In this document: piece after piece, positions 1-9,905 of the stretch
How positions within the stretch are numbered: the stretch's first letter is position 1
Layout: every line of letters starts with the position of its first letter
Assembly (NCBI GenBank): GCA_050012755.1
Contig: JBEKGO010000003.1
Location: forward strand, 1-64,000
From: Candidatus Bathyarchaeia archaeon
Lineage (GTDB): Archaea; Thermoproteota; Bathyarchaeia; Bathyarchaeales; Bathycorpusculaceae
Length of the DNA stretch: 64,000 bases
Direction of reading: 5' to 3'
Notes under the pieces: model-generated
The model's input: the letters and a program-made list of their open reading frames with translations, nothing else
Databases searched by the model: none
What the model was told of the DNA's origin: nothing
Translations under genes and position numbers: made by a program

Positions 1-548
1 ACGCCACTTGGCGAAACGAGAGGTCTGTTGAAATTCCGATAGTTTTGAACATTGCAAAGAGTTGTGAAGGCAGCATTCTTGAAGTTGGGAATGTTCTTTC
101 ACACTATTTCCTCTTCAATCACGACATCGTCGACAAATACGAAAAAGCAGAGGGCGTTGTTAACGAAGACGTAACTAAGATTACCTTCTCAAAGAAATAC
201 GATTTAATTATCAGCATTTCAACTCTTGAACACGTAGGCTGGGATGAAGACCCAAAAAAGCAAATCATGTTAAATGAAAACCAAAAAATCCGCCAAGCAA
301 TCGACAAACTTAGGACACTACTTAATCCAGGAGGGCGGATTGTAGTAACTGTTCCTGTTGGATATAACCCCAATTTAGATTTCTTACTCAAAAGTGAGAA
401 AACGATATTTGACAAGCTTTTCTGCTTGAAACGGATATCTAATGATAACAAGTGGGTTGAGACCACATGGAAAGAAATAGAGAACTCAAAGTTCAATAAA
501 CCTTTCCCGTTTGCCAACGGGCTAGTCATAGGAATCATCGAAACTTGA
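1..548 (+). CDS. class I SAM-dependent methyltransferase-like protein (5' partial)
   Basis: The frame is open to the window edge (ATWRNERSVEIPI...). Motifs ILEVGN, YDLIISISTLEHVG and LLNPGGRIVVTVP are typical of a methyltransferase fold. Confidence 0.7.
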   Translation, partial: ATWRNERSVEIPIVLNIAKSCEGSILEVGNVLSHYFLFNHDIVDKYEKAEGVVNEDVTKITFSKKYDLIISISTLEHVGWDEDPKKQIMLNENQKIRQAIDKLRTLLNPGGRIVVTVPVGYNPNLDFLLKSEKTIFDKLFCLKRISNDNKWVETTWKEIENSKFNKPFPFANGLVIGIIET

Positions 549-1254
549 AAACATGAAGAATGACTTAGATTCTGTTTTAAGCTTCAACCGTGCCGATAAG
601 TCTTAAGTCCGAAAGCTCATAACGAACATAAAAGTGAAGTGGTATGACAAGAAAAGATCAATCAGCCAATTCAAAGATTAGAGAAAGAACAATCTTTTTA
701 TAAATACTTGATAGATTGAACAACTAGAAAAAAATCTATTTAGAAAATAGCATCATCCAACAGTTTAATTTTAGAATTGGCCGTTGGGCTCGAAAGTAGT
801 TTTTTCGAGGTTTTAAGCGAATTTCTTCAGAAAATCTGTAATTCTCAATCAAACGCAGGAATAGAAGGCCTAAAATTTTCAGCTTCAGGTGCACGTCTCA
901 GGGAAGGCTTTAATGAATTTGATTCCGTCTTGGTGAATAATTTCGTTTGCTTGAATGCAAAACCTATAGTATGGGCTGCATTTTGCTCTTATTCAGTTGG
1001 TTACGTCTGAAAGAACGCTATGTCGTTTTTAACGCGGCCACTATTGCCGGAACACCTTGATTTTCTTGTTTAAGTTTGCCATCTTTTGGGCGATCTCGAA
1101 AGTGCAGATTTATAAAGATTTCAAAAACCAATGCTTAACAAAACTTTAATGATTTTTAGTAATATATCCTTAAAGCTTAAAATGGTGATACAATATGATG
1201 ATTCTTTAATCCAACTAAGAGCTTGAATAAGAAAAGGGCAAAACTGATACAAAC

Positions 1255-2739
1255 ATGATGAGACTAAGATTGGATGTAGATTATGCTTATCCTTCGAGGC
1301 CACAGAGTTTTCTTTTTACAGCCCTTAATATTAAAACTAGCAAGAATTATTTGAAAAACTCAAAGATTGTTGCGAGAATGATTAACGAATCGCAAAAAGA
1401 TGTTAAAGCTTACTGGTTCTTCACGCCCCTAACATTACCCGACCGAGAACTCCTAGCATTATTGGACCCACAAAAGCACGAAGTTGGACTCCACGTTGTT
1501 AACGATCCTTTCGGTGAACTGGAACGCCTAGAAAAGGTTACTGGAAGGGTGGTGAAGTATTATTCTATTCATGGAACTGCCCGTTTGTTTGCGCGAATTA
1601 TGTGGAGAAGAAAACTCGGTGAGGCTCAAGCCAAAATCCCTAGTGGGTTCCCGTTGAAATCCTTCCATGATTTTCCTACCACTTGTTTGGACACTGTTTG
1701 CTATGCCAATCCTTGCGCCAGGGCTATGGAAATCGCTGAAAAAAGCCTTAGTGAGGGGAAAGTCTTGGAAATTCACCCTGAATGGCTTTTCCAGAGAGGG
1801 ACAATAAATCACAGAGGACCTTACTACGAGGCTCTGAAGAAAATACTTGATGTCGACAAAGATATTGAAAAGCTTGCAATCGGGAAAAAAGCTTTCGTGA
1901 AAATAGCCACTGATCCAAAAGAGTACGAAAGAAGTGTCATTCCTAATTCCCAGCTCCTTGAAAAGCTATCCGAGAAAGGAGTGGATATCTTCAACTTCGT
2001 CGAAAGAGGCTGGGTCTCAAAAATCCCCAACCCACCAAGTAGCTGGGTAAAAACCGAAGACAACGTCGCGCTTCTTAACGTATCCACATTCGGAAATTGG
2101 TGGGAAGACGTTGGGAAAAAAACGCGCAATATGGTTCGCAAAGCAGAAAAAGCTGGAATAGAAACCAAAGTGACAGAGCCCGACGGGAATTTTGCTGAGG
2201 GTGTGTGGAAAATTTATAATGAAACTCCAATAAGACAGGCGCGAGCTTTTCCGTATTATGGAATAACGAAACAAACCACAGAAGACGTTCTCAAGTTAAC
2301 TCCAGGAGCAACATTCATAGCAGCGTTTTTCCAAGACGAAGTTGTTGGATTTCTCCAACTTATTCATGGTGACAACATCAATATTGTTGGTCAAATTCTC
2401 TCAATGCAAAAGCTCTGGGACAAAGCAATAAACAACGCGCTTTTGGCTAAAGCTGTAGAAGTCACTGCTGAAATGAAAGGAAATTGGCTGATGTATGGAA
2501 GAATTGGAAACCACCCCTCATTGGACGATTTCAAACAAAGCAATGGATTCACAAAGTTTCCGTTGACCAGATTCTACATACCAATAACCGCAAAAGGAAG
2601 GTTGGCGACCAAACTTGGGTTGCACCGAAAAATTAAGGATTCCCTACCCATAACACTCAGATATAGACTCATTCCACTTTTCAATTGGGTAAGTAGAACC
2701 AAAATAAAGGCAAGAATGAACTTTCACAAAGAAAACTGA
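1255..2739 (+). CDS. fusion of a polysaccharide-deacetylase-like N-domain and a GNAT/FemAB-like C-domain
   Basis: N-terminal LRLDVD...HEVGLH...SIHG; C-terminal KKTRNMVRKAEKAG...LDDFKQSNGF as in FemAB/GNAT_6 proteins. Confidence 0.6.
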   Translation: MMRLRLDVDYAYPSRPQSFLFTALNIKTSKNYLKNSKIVARMINESQKDVKAYWFFTPLTLPDRELLALLDPQKHEVGLHVVNDPFGELERLEKVTGRVVKYYSIHGTARLFARIMWRRKLGEAQAKIPSGFPLKSFHDFPTTCLDTVCYANPCARAMEIAEKSLSEGKVLEIHPEWLFQRGTINHRGPYYEALKKILDVDKDIEKLAIGKKAFVKIATDPKEYERSVIPNSQLLEKLSEKGVDIFNFVERGWVSKIPNPPSSWVKTEDNVALLNVSTFGNWWEDVGKKTRNMVRKAEKAGIETKVTEPDGNFAEGVWKIYNETPIRQARAFPYYGITKQTTEDVLKLTPGATFIAAFFQDEVVGFLQLIHGDNINIVGQILSMQKLWDKAINNALLAKAVEVTAEMKGNWLMYGRIGNHPSLDDFKQSNGFTKFPLTRFYIPITAKGRLATKLGLHRKIKDSLPITLRYRLIPLFNWVSRTKIKARMNFHKEN

Positions 2740-2834
2740 TAGTTGTTTCAAAATTTGACTTTAACTCAAATCGTAATTCAAAGCCAGAGTATTACGTTTG
2801 AGAATTCAGATCGAAAAAAATAGATTTGGCACTA

Positions 2835-3104
2835 TTACAATAAGAGAGCAGCCAAAATTTCGTGTAGCTCTTCCTTATTTTTCACGCTTCTGAAAATGAT
2901 TTTTCCGCTTGAATACAAACGAAACGAGAAATTCCTAAATGCTAATTCAAAAACTATTCCAGCGATAGAATTCTTAAGTTCAGCTCTTTTCAGAATATTC
3001 GCCATCGCCTCATCTTTCTTTTCGTATTTCAAGAAGACTATGACGTCCCTTTCTGCACCACATGTCCCCTCAATTCGCGCAACATAGTCTTCAACGGATG
3101 TCAT
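2835..3104 (-). CDS. small hypothetical protein coupled to sufS
   Basis: 89-aa ORF whose start overlaps the sufS stop codon. Confidence 0.65.
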   Translation of the reverse strand: MTSVEDYVARIEGTCGAERDVIVFLKYEKKDEAMANILKRAELKNSIAGIVFELAFRNFSFRLYSSGKIIFRSVKNKEELHEILAALLL

Positions 3105-4336
3105 TAGAGCTGATCGATCTCCTTTAGAACTTCAATGAAGCGGTCAATTTCTTCTTTTGTGTTGTAAATGTAGAAGCTTGCTCGGTCAGACGATTGCAGT
3201 TTGAGCACTTGCTGATGCAGCGGCTGGGCACAATGGTAGCCGCTTCGAATCATTATTCCGTAGTTGTCGCAGATTAGCGCAACATCATGAGAAGATAAAC
3301 CTTTAACGCTGAAGGGTATGATGCCGCATTTTTTAGAAAGGTCACTGGAGCCGTAAACTGTTACTTTGCTGCATTCTTGTATACGTTCAACAGCGTACTT
3401 AGTTAAATCTTTCTCGTGGTTCAGTACTTGATTCATGCCTATTGCTTCAAGATACTTAACAGCTTCACCTAAGGCAATTGCTCCGCAAATGTCAGGTGTT
3501 CCTGCTTCAAACTTCCAGGGCAAATCATTCCACGTTATGCTGCAGCCAGCTCCGGGAGTGAAAGCAACTTCTTTTATCATTTCTCCTCCGCCTTGGAACG
3601 GCTGCATCTTTTGAAGAACATCCTTTTTGCCGTAAAGCACACCAATGCCTGTTGGCCCAAGCATTTTATGACCTGAAAAAGCAAGAAAATCTGCATCTAA
3701 ATCTTGAGCATCAACCGACATATGGGGCACAGACTGCGCTCCATCAACAAGCATTAAAGCGCCATTATCATGTGCAGCCTTGGTGATTCGTTTAACATCA
3801 TTAATTACGCCCGTGACATTTGAGACATGGCTTAAGCAGGCGATTTTTGTTTTGTTGGAAAATTGTTTTTCAAAATCTTCGTAGTCTAGTGTGCCGTCAG
3901 CGTTCACTTTGGCATATTTAACTGTGAAACCCTTTATTTTAGAGGTGATTTCCCAAGGTACAATGTTGCTATGATGCTCCATCAGTGACACAAGAACCTC
4001 GTCACCCTTGCACAAGTTGTTTAAACCCCAAGAATATGCTACCAGATTGATGGCTTCTGTAGTGCCCCTGACAAAAACCACTTCTTGCCAATCTTTTGCG
4101 TTGATGAATTTTGCAATCTTTATGCGTGAGTTCTCATAAAGGTCAGTTGCTTCCAATGATAGAGTATGGATTGCTCTGTGGACGTTGGCGTTATTGTTTT
4201 CATAAAAATTGGTGATAGCGTCAATTACTTGTTGAGGCTTTTGGGTGGTTGCGGCGTTGTCAAAGTAAATTAGGGGATTGTCGTTTACTTTACGTTTTAA
4301 TATTGGAAAATCTTTGCGAAGCGCTTGAATATCCAC
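3104..4336 (-). CDS. sufS: cysteine desulfurase, SufS family
   Basis: YFDNAATTQKP, MEHHSNIVPW, FSGHKMLGPTG and RSGYHCAQP motifs. Confidence 0.95.
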   Translation of the reverse strand: MDIQALRKDFPILKRKVNDNPLIYFDNAATTQKPQQVIDAITNFYENNNANVHRAIHTLSLEATDLYENSRIKIAKFINAKDWQEVVFVRGTTEAINLVAYSWGLNNLCKGDEVLVSLMEHHSNIVPWEITSKIKGFTVKYAKVNADGTLDYEDFEKQFSNKTKIACLSHVSNVTGVINDVKRITKAAHDNGALMLVDGAQSVPHMSVDAQDLDADFLAFSGHKMLGPTGIGVLYGKKDVLQKMQPFQGGGEMIKEVAFTPGAGCSITWNDLPWKFEAGTPDICGAIALGEAVKYLEAIGMNQVLNHEKDLTKYAVERIQECSKVTVYGSSDLSKKCGIIPFSVKGLSSHDVALICDNYGIMIRSGYHCAQPLHQQVLKLQSSDRASFYIYNTKEEIDRFIEVLKEIDQL

Positions 4337-4338
4337 GA

Positions 4339-4857
4339 TTACTTCTCTGCCTTTTTGTCTGCCTCTACCTTCATCCTCTTAGACAGGGTCTTTGCCAGCT
4401 CTTCTTCTTCTAACGCTTGCTTTTCTTCAAAAGTGTGTTCTGCCGGCATCCAACTGGGTGCTGCTGCACCTTTTTCTTTGAAGTATTGTCTTATTGCTCG
4501 TTTCAGTGCTCCTACAGCTAGGACTCCGCAATGAAATTTGACGCTTGGCAAACCCCCGATTTCATCTGTCACCCGTTTCCAAGTTATGTCTTTCCATGCT
4601 TGCTCAAGGCTTAAGCCCTTAATCATTTCAGTAACTATACTGGATGTGGCAATGTTGGCAGCGCAACCATAACTTTCGAAACTTGCCTTCTCAATAATGT
4701 CTTTATCACTTATTTTTAAGTAGAATGTTATCATGTCTCCGCAAGCTGGGTTTCCAGCAACTGCTACGACTGAGGCATCGTCCATTTTTCCCAGGTTCTT
4801 GGGGTTTCTAAACAAATCCATGACTTTTGGGTTGTACGGTAAAGGTATACGTGACAT
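4339..4857 (-). CDS. iscU: Fe-S cluster scaffold, IscU/NifU-N family
   Basis: GNPACGD, GCAANIA and KFHC motifs. ATG at 4857 is preferred over the longer ORF start. Confidence 0.9.
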   Translation of the reverse strand: MSRIPLPYNPKVMDLFRNPKNLGKMDDASVVAVAGNPACGDMITFYLKISDKDIIEKASFESYGCAANIATSSIVTEMIKGLSLEQAWKDITWKRVTDEIGGLPSVKFHCGVLAVGALKRAIRQYFKEKGAAAPSWMPAEHTFEEKQALEEEELAKTLSKRMKVEADKKAEK

Positions 4858-4858
4858 A

Positions 4859-6082
4859 TTAATGAACTCCTGTTGAGCCAACTATCCCTCTTATACGGTT
4901 AACAGCTATTGGTAAGACTTTGAGAACGTAAGCTATATCCTCTTCTGTCAAGTAACGCGTCGTCTTCATGAGAATACTACCATGTGCCTCCTCAAATATG
5001 CGTCCAATGGCAATAAGAACATGGCTTGGCTGGAGTAGCCTTCGGCTGCATGCGCTTCCGCTGGAAATGTAGACTCCATTAAGGCTTAACTCGATGGTTA
5101 ATGCTTCCCCTTCAGCCCGCAGAATGCTGACGTTTGCGTTGTCTGGAGAGCGTTTGTCACCTTTTGGACCGTTAAAACGCAAGCCATCAAGCTCAGCAAA
5201 TATTCCGTCAACAAGTTTATCGCGCAGCATTCGCATTTTTGTGGTGTTGGCTTCGAAATTTTGAAAGGCAAGCTCAGATGCTTTTGTAAAACCAACAATT
5301 AAGGGTGTGTTTTCGACTCCTGGCCAAAGCTTCTGTGTTCCAATTTGGCCTTCAAGGATGCGTTCCATGTTTATGCCGTCTCGCATGTACATGGCTCCCA
5401 TGCCGCGTGGACCTTGAATTTTGTAGCTGCTGATTGTGGCTAAGTCAACATTTAGGCTTTGAACGTTGAATGGGATCCTGCCATAAGCGTCTGAAGCATC
5501 TGTGTGAAAAAGTGTTTGAGGGTTTTTGGCTTTAACAATATCCACCGCTTCTTTAATTGGCTGTACTGTGCCAATCTCGTTGTTTACGGCTGAAACGCTC
5601 ACAAGTACGGTTTCGTTGTCGACGACTTCTTTGAGTTTTTCAAGATTGATGAACCCTTCTTTGTTTACTGGGATCTTGGTGGTTGAGAAGCCGAATTTCT
5701 GCATCATTTCAGCAACTTGCAAGACGTTGATTGGTTCGATTTCTGATATGATGATTTTTTTGCCTCTGCTTTTTTGGGCAAAGCATGTGCCCATTATGGC
5801 TAAGTTGTTGGCTTCTGTTTCGCCTGGAGTGAAAGTTATTTCTTCGAGGATTTTTGCGCCAATGGTCCTGCTGATTTTTTGGAAGCAATTCATTATGACT
5901 TCGAAAGCTTCCCAGCCTGGCTTGTGGGTAAGTGTCGGGTTTCCGTAGGCTTTCTTATTAAAATATGGAAGCATTTCGTCAACTACTTCTTGTGGGACAA
6001 TGCTGGAGTTTTCGTTATCTAAGTAAACTTCGTGTGTTATGCCTTCATGAAGTTTGAGAAGTTCTTTTACGTTTTCAACCAT
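4859..6082 (-). CDS. IscS/NifS-like cysteine desulfurase (divergent)
   Basis: YGNP, VNNEIGTVQP, SSYKIQGP and SSGSACS motifs; several PLP-site residues are substituted. Confidence 0.8.
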   Translation of the reverse strand: MVENVKELLKLHEGITHEVYLDNENSSIVPQEVVDEMLPYFNKKAYGNPTLTHKPGWEAFEVIMNCFQKISRTIGAKILEEITFTPGETEANNLAIMGTCFAQKSRGKKIIISEIEPINVLQVAEMMQKFGFSTTKIPVNKEGFINLEKLKEVVDNETVLVSVSAVNNEIGTVQPIKEAVDIVKAKNPQTLFHTDASDAYGRIPFNVQSLNVDLATISSYKIQGPRGMGAMYMRDGINMERILEGQIGTQKLWPGVENTPLIVGFTKASELAFQNFEANTTKMRMLRDKLVDGIFAELDGLRFNGPKGDKRSPDNANVSILRAEGEALTIELSLNGVYISSGSACSRRLLQPSHVLIAIGRIFEEAHGSILMKTTRYLTEEDIAYVLKVLPIAVNRIRGIVGSTGVH

Positions 6083-6248
6083 ACAGTATCCTACCTATGT
6101 AAAGGGATGAGATAACTCGTTACTCTGCATATATCACTTCAAATAGAAAAATGTAGCTGAAAACATGGCTGAAAAAAACACTTTCGTTACGGCTAATTCT
6201 ATTAGTTAGCTTGTTCAATGATGAATTAACATTTAATGGCGATTTAGT

Positions 6249-8480
6249 TTGAAGATTTCAGAGTTGCCCGTTCCAGAAAGCGTAAAAGAAGTGCTGCTTA
6301 ACTTGGGGATTACGGAATTGTTTCCTCCTCAAGAAGACACCATACGGGTAGGAGTGCTAGAAGGCCAAAACATCGTACTTGCCAGCCCGACAGCATCGGG
6401 AAAAACCCTTATTGCGGAACTCTGCGGTCTCAAACACGTACTTGAAAAAAATGGCAAAGTGCTATATCTTGCCCCTCTTCGAGCTTTAGCTAGCGAAAAA
6501 TTTGAGGATTTTAGAAAATATAATTCAATTCGTAAGCAGGATGGCCGAAAAGTTTCAGTCGGCATCAGCACAGGTGATTTTGACACTGCCGACAATTGGC
6601 TTGAACGCTACGACATAATAATCACTACTAACGAGAAGGCAGATTCCCTTTTGCGGCACCGCGCCAAATGGATGGATGAAATCTCGCTGGTAGTTGCCGA
6701 CGAGATTCATCTTCTAAATGATGCTGGGCGTGGTCCAACTTTGGAAGTGGTGTTGGCTAGGCTTTTGCAGGTTAATCCTCACATTCAAGTTTTAGCTTTA
6801 AGCGCCACTATAGGTAACGTCGACGAGATTGCGGGATGGATAAACGCCAAATACATTGTAACAGAGTGGCGTCCAGTAACGCTTAAAGAAGGCATTGTTC
6901 TAAACGATGAAATCCAATACAAAGATGGCGGCGCAAAAAGAATAGAAAAGAAAACACATATTGCCACGGTCAACTTGGTTTTGAATACGATTAAAGGCGG
7001 GGGACAAGCACTTGTTTTTGCATCCACAAGGAAAAACTCGGTTTCAGCCGCCAAAACCCTTGCCCAACACACAAGCGAAGTCTTATCTAAACCCATGAAA
7101 AGAACTTTGGAGTCTGAATCAGCAAAAATTTTGTCAGCGGGAGAGCATACTCAAATCAGCGAATCCTTAGCCGAGTTTGTCCGATGCGGCGTAGCATTTC
7201 ACCATGCAGGCTTAGCAGGAGTCCACCGCAAGCTGATCGAAGATGCCTTCAAAGAAGGAAAAATCAAAGTCTTAACCGCCACCCCCACATTAGCTTTCGG
7301 CGTTAACCTTCCAGCACGAACAGTTATCATTCAGGATTACAGGCGATATGAGCCAGGCTACGGCAACTATCCAATCAGCGTACTTGAGTACAAGCAGATG
7401 GCTGGTAGGGCAGGGCGACCAAAATACGACAAAGTCGGCGAATCAATCCTTATCGCAAAAACCTCAGACGAAGCCGACTATTTAATGGAAGGCTACATCC
7501 TAGCTAAGCCAGAGCGTATCTGGTCAAGGCTGGGTGTTGAAAAAGTAATCCGTAGCCACGTCTTAGCAACTGTGGCTTCAGAGTTCGCCCACTCAGAAAA
7601 TGGCATCGATGAGTTCTTCAGCAAAACCTTCTACGCCTACCAATACGACGTCAAAGCCATCAAAGGCATAATCGCTAAAATCCTGAAATGGCTCTACGAA
7701 GAAGAAATGATCGACGTCGACGGCGACAACATCTATGCAACACAGTTTGGAAAACGCGTAAGTGAACTCTACATAGATCCGCTCTCAGGAGTGGTAATCC
7801 GAGATGCCCTAAGAAATAAGCCTGCTGATTTAACTGATTTTGGGTTGCTGCATCTGATTTCTCACACACCCGACATGGGACCAATCATGAGACCCTTCGC
7901 TCGTGAATGCGATGTTTTGGCGGTTCAGATGGAGCAGCACAGGAGCGAGTTATTCGTCGACGCTCCCAACGAGTGGGATGACCACTTAACCTATGAGCAG
8001 TTTCTAGGTGAAATCAAGACAGCATGGGTTATGAAAAACTGGATTGAGGAAGTCAGCGAAGAAAAACTAATTGAACAGTTTAACGTGCAGCCGGGCGACT
8101 TGTACCGAACAATTGAAAATGCCAAGTGGCTGCTTCACGCCACAGACGAGTTAGCTCCTCTTTTCAAAGCAAAAGAAATCATGCCCCTAACCAACGAGTT
8201 GGTTGAGCGAGTATCTAAAGGCATAAAGAAAGAACTCTTACCAATCGTCCATCTTGAAGGGGTTGGCAGAGTCCGCGGACGCATAATCTTCAACGCAGGA
8301 TACCACACAATTGAAGAAATAAAACACGCCTCAATTGAACAGCTAACCAATTTGCCAACCATCGGCCCAAGATTAGCCAAGAAAATAAAGGAGCAAGTCG
8401 GCGGCTTCGTAAAAAAGGAAGAATGGGAAAAACTCGAAACCGAACAAGAGTTTAAGCAGAAAGCTCTCGGCGATTTCTAG
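6249..8480 (+). CDS. hel308: Ski2-like DNA helicase Hel308/Hjm
   Basis: PTASGKT, DEIH, TPTLAFGVNLPA, QMAGRAGRP and a C-terminal HhH. Confidence 0.93.
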   Translation: MKISELPVPESVKEVLLNLGITELFPPQEDTIRVGVLEGQNIVLASPTASGKTLIAELCGLKHVLEKNGKVLYLAPLRALASEKFEDFRKYNSIRKQDGRKVSVGISTGDFDTADNWLERYDIIITTNEKADSLLRHRAKWMDEISLVVADEIHLLNDAGRGPTLEVVLARLLQVNPHIQVLALSATIGNVDEIAGWINAKYIVTEWRPVTLKEGIVLNDEIQYKDGGAKRIEKKTHIATVNLVLNTIKGGGQALVFASTRKNSVSAAKTLAQHTSEVLSKPMKRTLESESAKILSAGEHTQISESLAEFVRCGVAFHHAGLAGVHRKLIEDAFKEGKIKVLTATPTLAFGVNLPARTVIIQDYRRYEPGYGNYPISVLEYKQMAGRAGRPKYDKVGESILIAKTSDEADYLMEGYILAKPERIWSRLGVEKVIRSHVLATVASEFAHSENGIDEFFSKTFYAYQYDVKAIKGIIAKILKWLYEEEMIDVDGDNIYATQFGKRVSELYIDPLSGVVIRDALRNKPADLTDFGLLHLISHTPDMGPIMRPFARECDVLAVQMEQHRSELFVDAPNEWDDHLTYEQFLGEIKTAWVMKNWIEEVSEEKLIEQFNVQPGDLYRTIENAKWLLHATDELAPLFKAKEIMPLTNELVERVSKGIKKELLPIVHLEGVGRVRGRIIFNAGYHTIEEIKHASIEQLTNLPTIGPRLAKKIKEQVGGFVKKEEWEKLETEQEFKQKALGDF

Positions 8481-9811
8481 CTCTTTGCGAACTTTTCAGC
8501 TTGCTTAACTGCCGTGCCCAAATAGTTTTTCGGATTCAATGCTTGATCAATTTCTTTCTCGGTTAGTTTGCTGCTTACGAGTTTGTCTTGAAGCAGAACT
8601 TGCTTAAAATCCTGCTTTTCCACCGCACTTTGAATGGTTAATTTCCTTAGTAATTCGTGAGCATCTTGCCTGTTCACGCCTTTCTTCGCCAACGCCATCA
8701 TAACTGACTCTGACATCGCCCGCCCTTGAGTTAAGCTAAGGTTTTGAATCATCCTTTCTTTGTCTACGCGCAGGTTAGCCACAATGTTGCACATCAGATT
8801 AAGGATGTAGTCGAGCAGAATGTTTGATTCCGGCAAGATGAACCGTTCAGCTGAAGACTGAGTTAAGTCTCTCTCATGCCAAGTAATCATATCTTCAAAT
8901 GCAGGAGTACTCAGGCTTCGCACGATCCGGGCTAAACCGCAAACTCGCTCGCACGTTTCAGGATTCTGCTTATGCGGCATAGTAGAGCTTCCAACCTGCT
9001 TTGATGCTTCAAACGCCTCAAAAACTTCAGCGATTTCGGGTCTCTGAAGCTCCCGTATTTCAGTGGCAAAGTTTTCAAGTGAAGAAGCAACCATCGCGTA
9101 GATGCATATGAGCTCAGCATAGCGGTCTCTTTGAACAATCTGCGTTGAAATCTCAGCTGCGTTGAGCCCTAGTCGTTTCATAACAAGCTCTTGAATTTCT
9201 GCTGCATGTTCGCCTAAGCCTGCCTGCGTGCCTACGGCGCCGCTTATTTTTCCAACTAAAACCCGTTTTTTGCATTCGTTCAAACGTTCAATATGCCTTT
9301 CTATTTCGTATCCCCAAACTGCAAATTTAAAGCCCAAAGTAATTGGCAAAGCATGTTGCCCGTGAGTTCTACCAATCATAATTGTTTCTTTGTGCTTAGC
9401 CGCTTGTTTCTGCAAAATACCCTTTAACTCTACAAGTTTTTTCTCAATTAGCGCTGAAGCATCTTTCAGCTGCAACGCATTAGCAGTATCGACGATGTCG
9501 TAGCTTGTTGCACCCAAATGTACGTAGGCACCGCTCGACCCGCTAACCTCAGAAAGCACACGAACCAGGGAAGCAATGTCATGCTTTATTTCTTTTTCAA
9601 TAGCCTTTACTCTTTCAACTTTAACGTATTTGGTGTTAGCCATAGCAGCGATTTTTTCTGCATCTTTGGCTGGGATGTTTCCTACTTCAGCATGCGCTAA
9701 AGCTAAGGCAGCTTCAACATCAAGCAGCTTCTGAAGACGTGCTTCTTCTTCAAAGATTTTTAGCATTTCTGGGGTTCCATAACGCCCAGTGTCAATAGGT
9801 AGGATAGGCAA
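8477..9811 (-). CDS. purB: adenylosuccinate lyase
   Basis: GSSTMPHKQNP signature, GRTHGQHA, HERDLTQSSAER. Confidence 0.95.
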   Translation of the reverse strand: MPILPIDTGRYGTPEMLKIFEEEARLQKLLDVEAALALAHAEVGNIPAKDAEKIAAMANTKYVKVERVKAIEKEIKHDIASLVRVLSEVSGSSGAYVHLGATSYDIVDTANALQLKDASALIEKKLVELKGILQKQAAKHKETIMIGRTHGQHALPITLGFKFAVWGYEIERHIERLNECKKRVLVGKISGAVGTQAGLGEHAAEIQELVMKRLGLNAAEISTQIVQRDRYAELICIYAMVASSLENFATEIRELQRPEIAEVFEAFEASKQVGSSTMPHKQNPETCERVCGLARIVRSLSTPAFEDMITWHERDLTQSSAERFILPESNILLDYILNLMCNIVANLRVDKERMIQNLSLTQGRAMSESVMMALAKKGVNRQDAHELLRKLTIQSAVEKQDFKQVLLQDKLVSSKLTEKEIDQALNPKNYLGTAVKQAEKFAKS

Positions 9812-9905
9812 GTTAGTCTTTCCTCAAGCTGAAGGTTATACAGATTAAAGATTAATGTCTTACCAATACTATTTCATTTTATACTTTGTATTGAGGGTTT
9901 AAGAA

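Noticed and set aside
560-1250. ORFs 777-1010 and 1121-1303
   Set aside because: Short, no recognisable motifs, weak starts.
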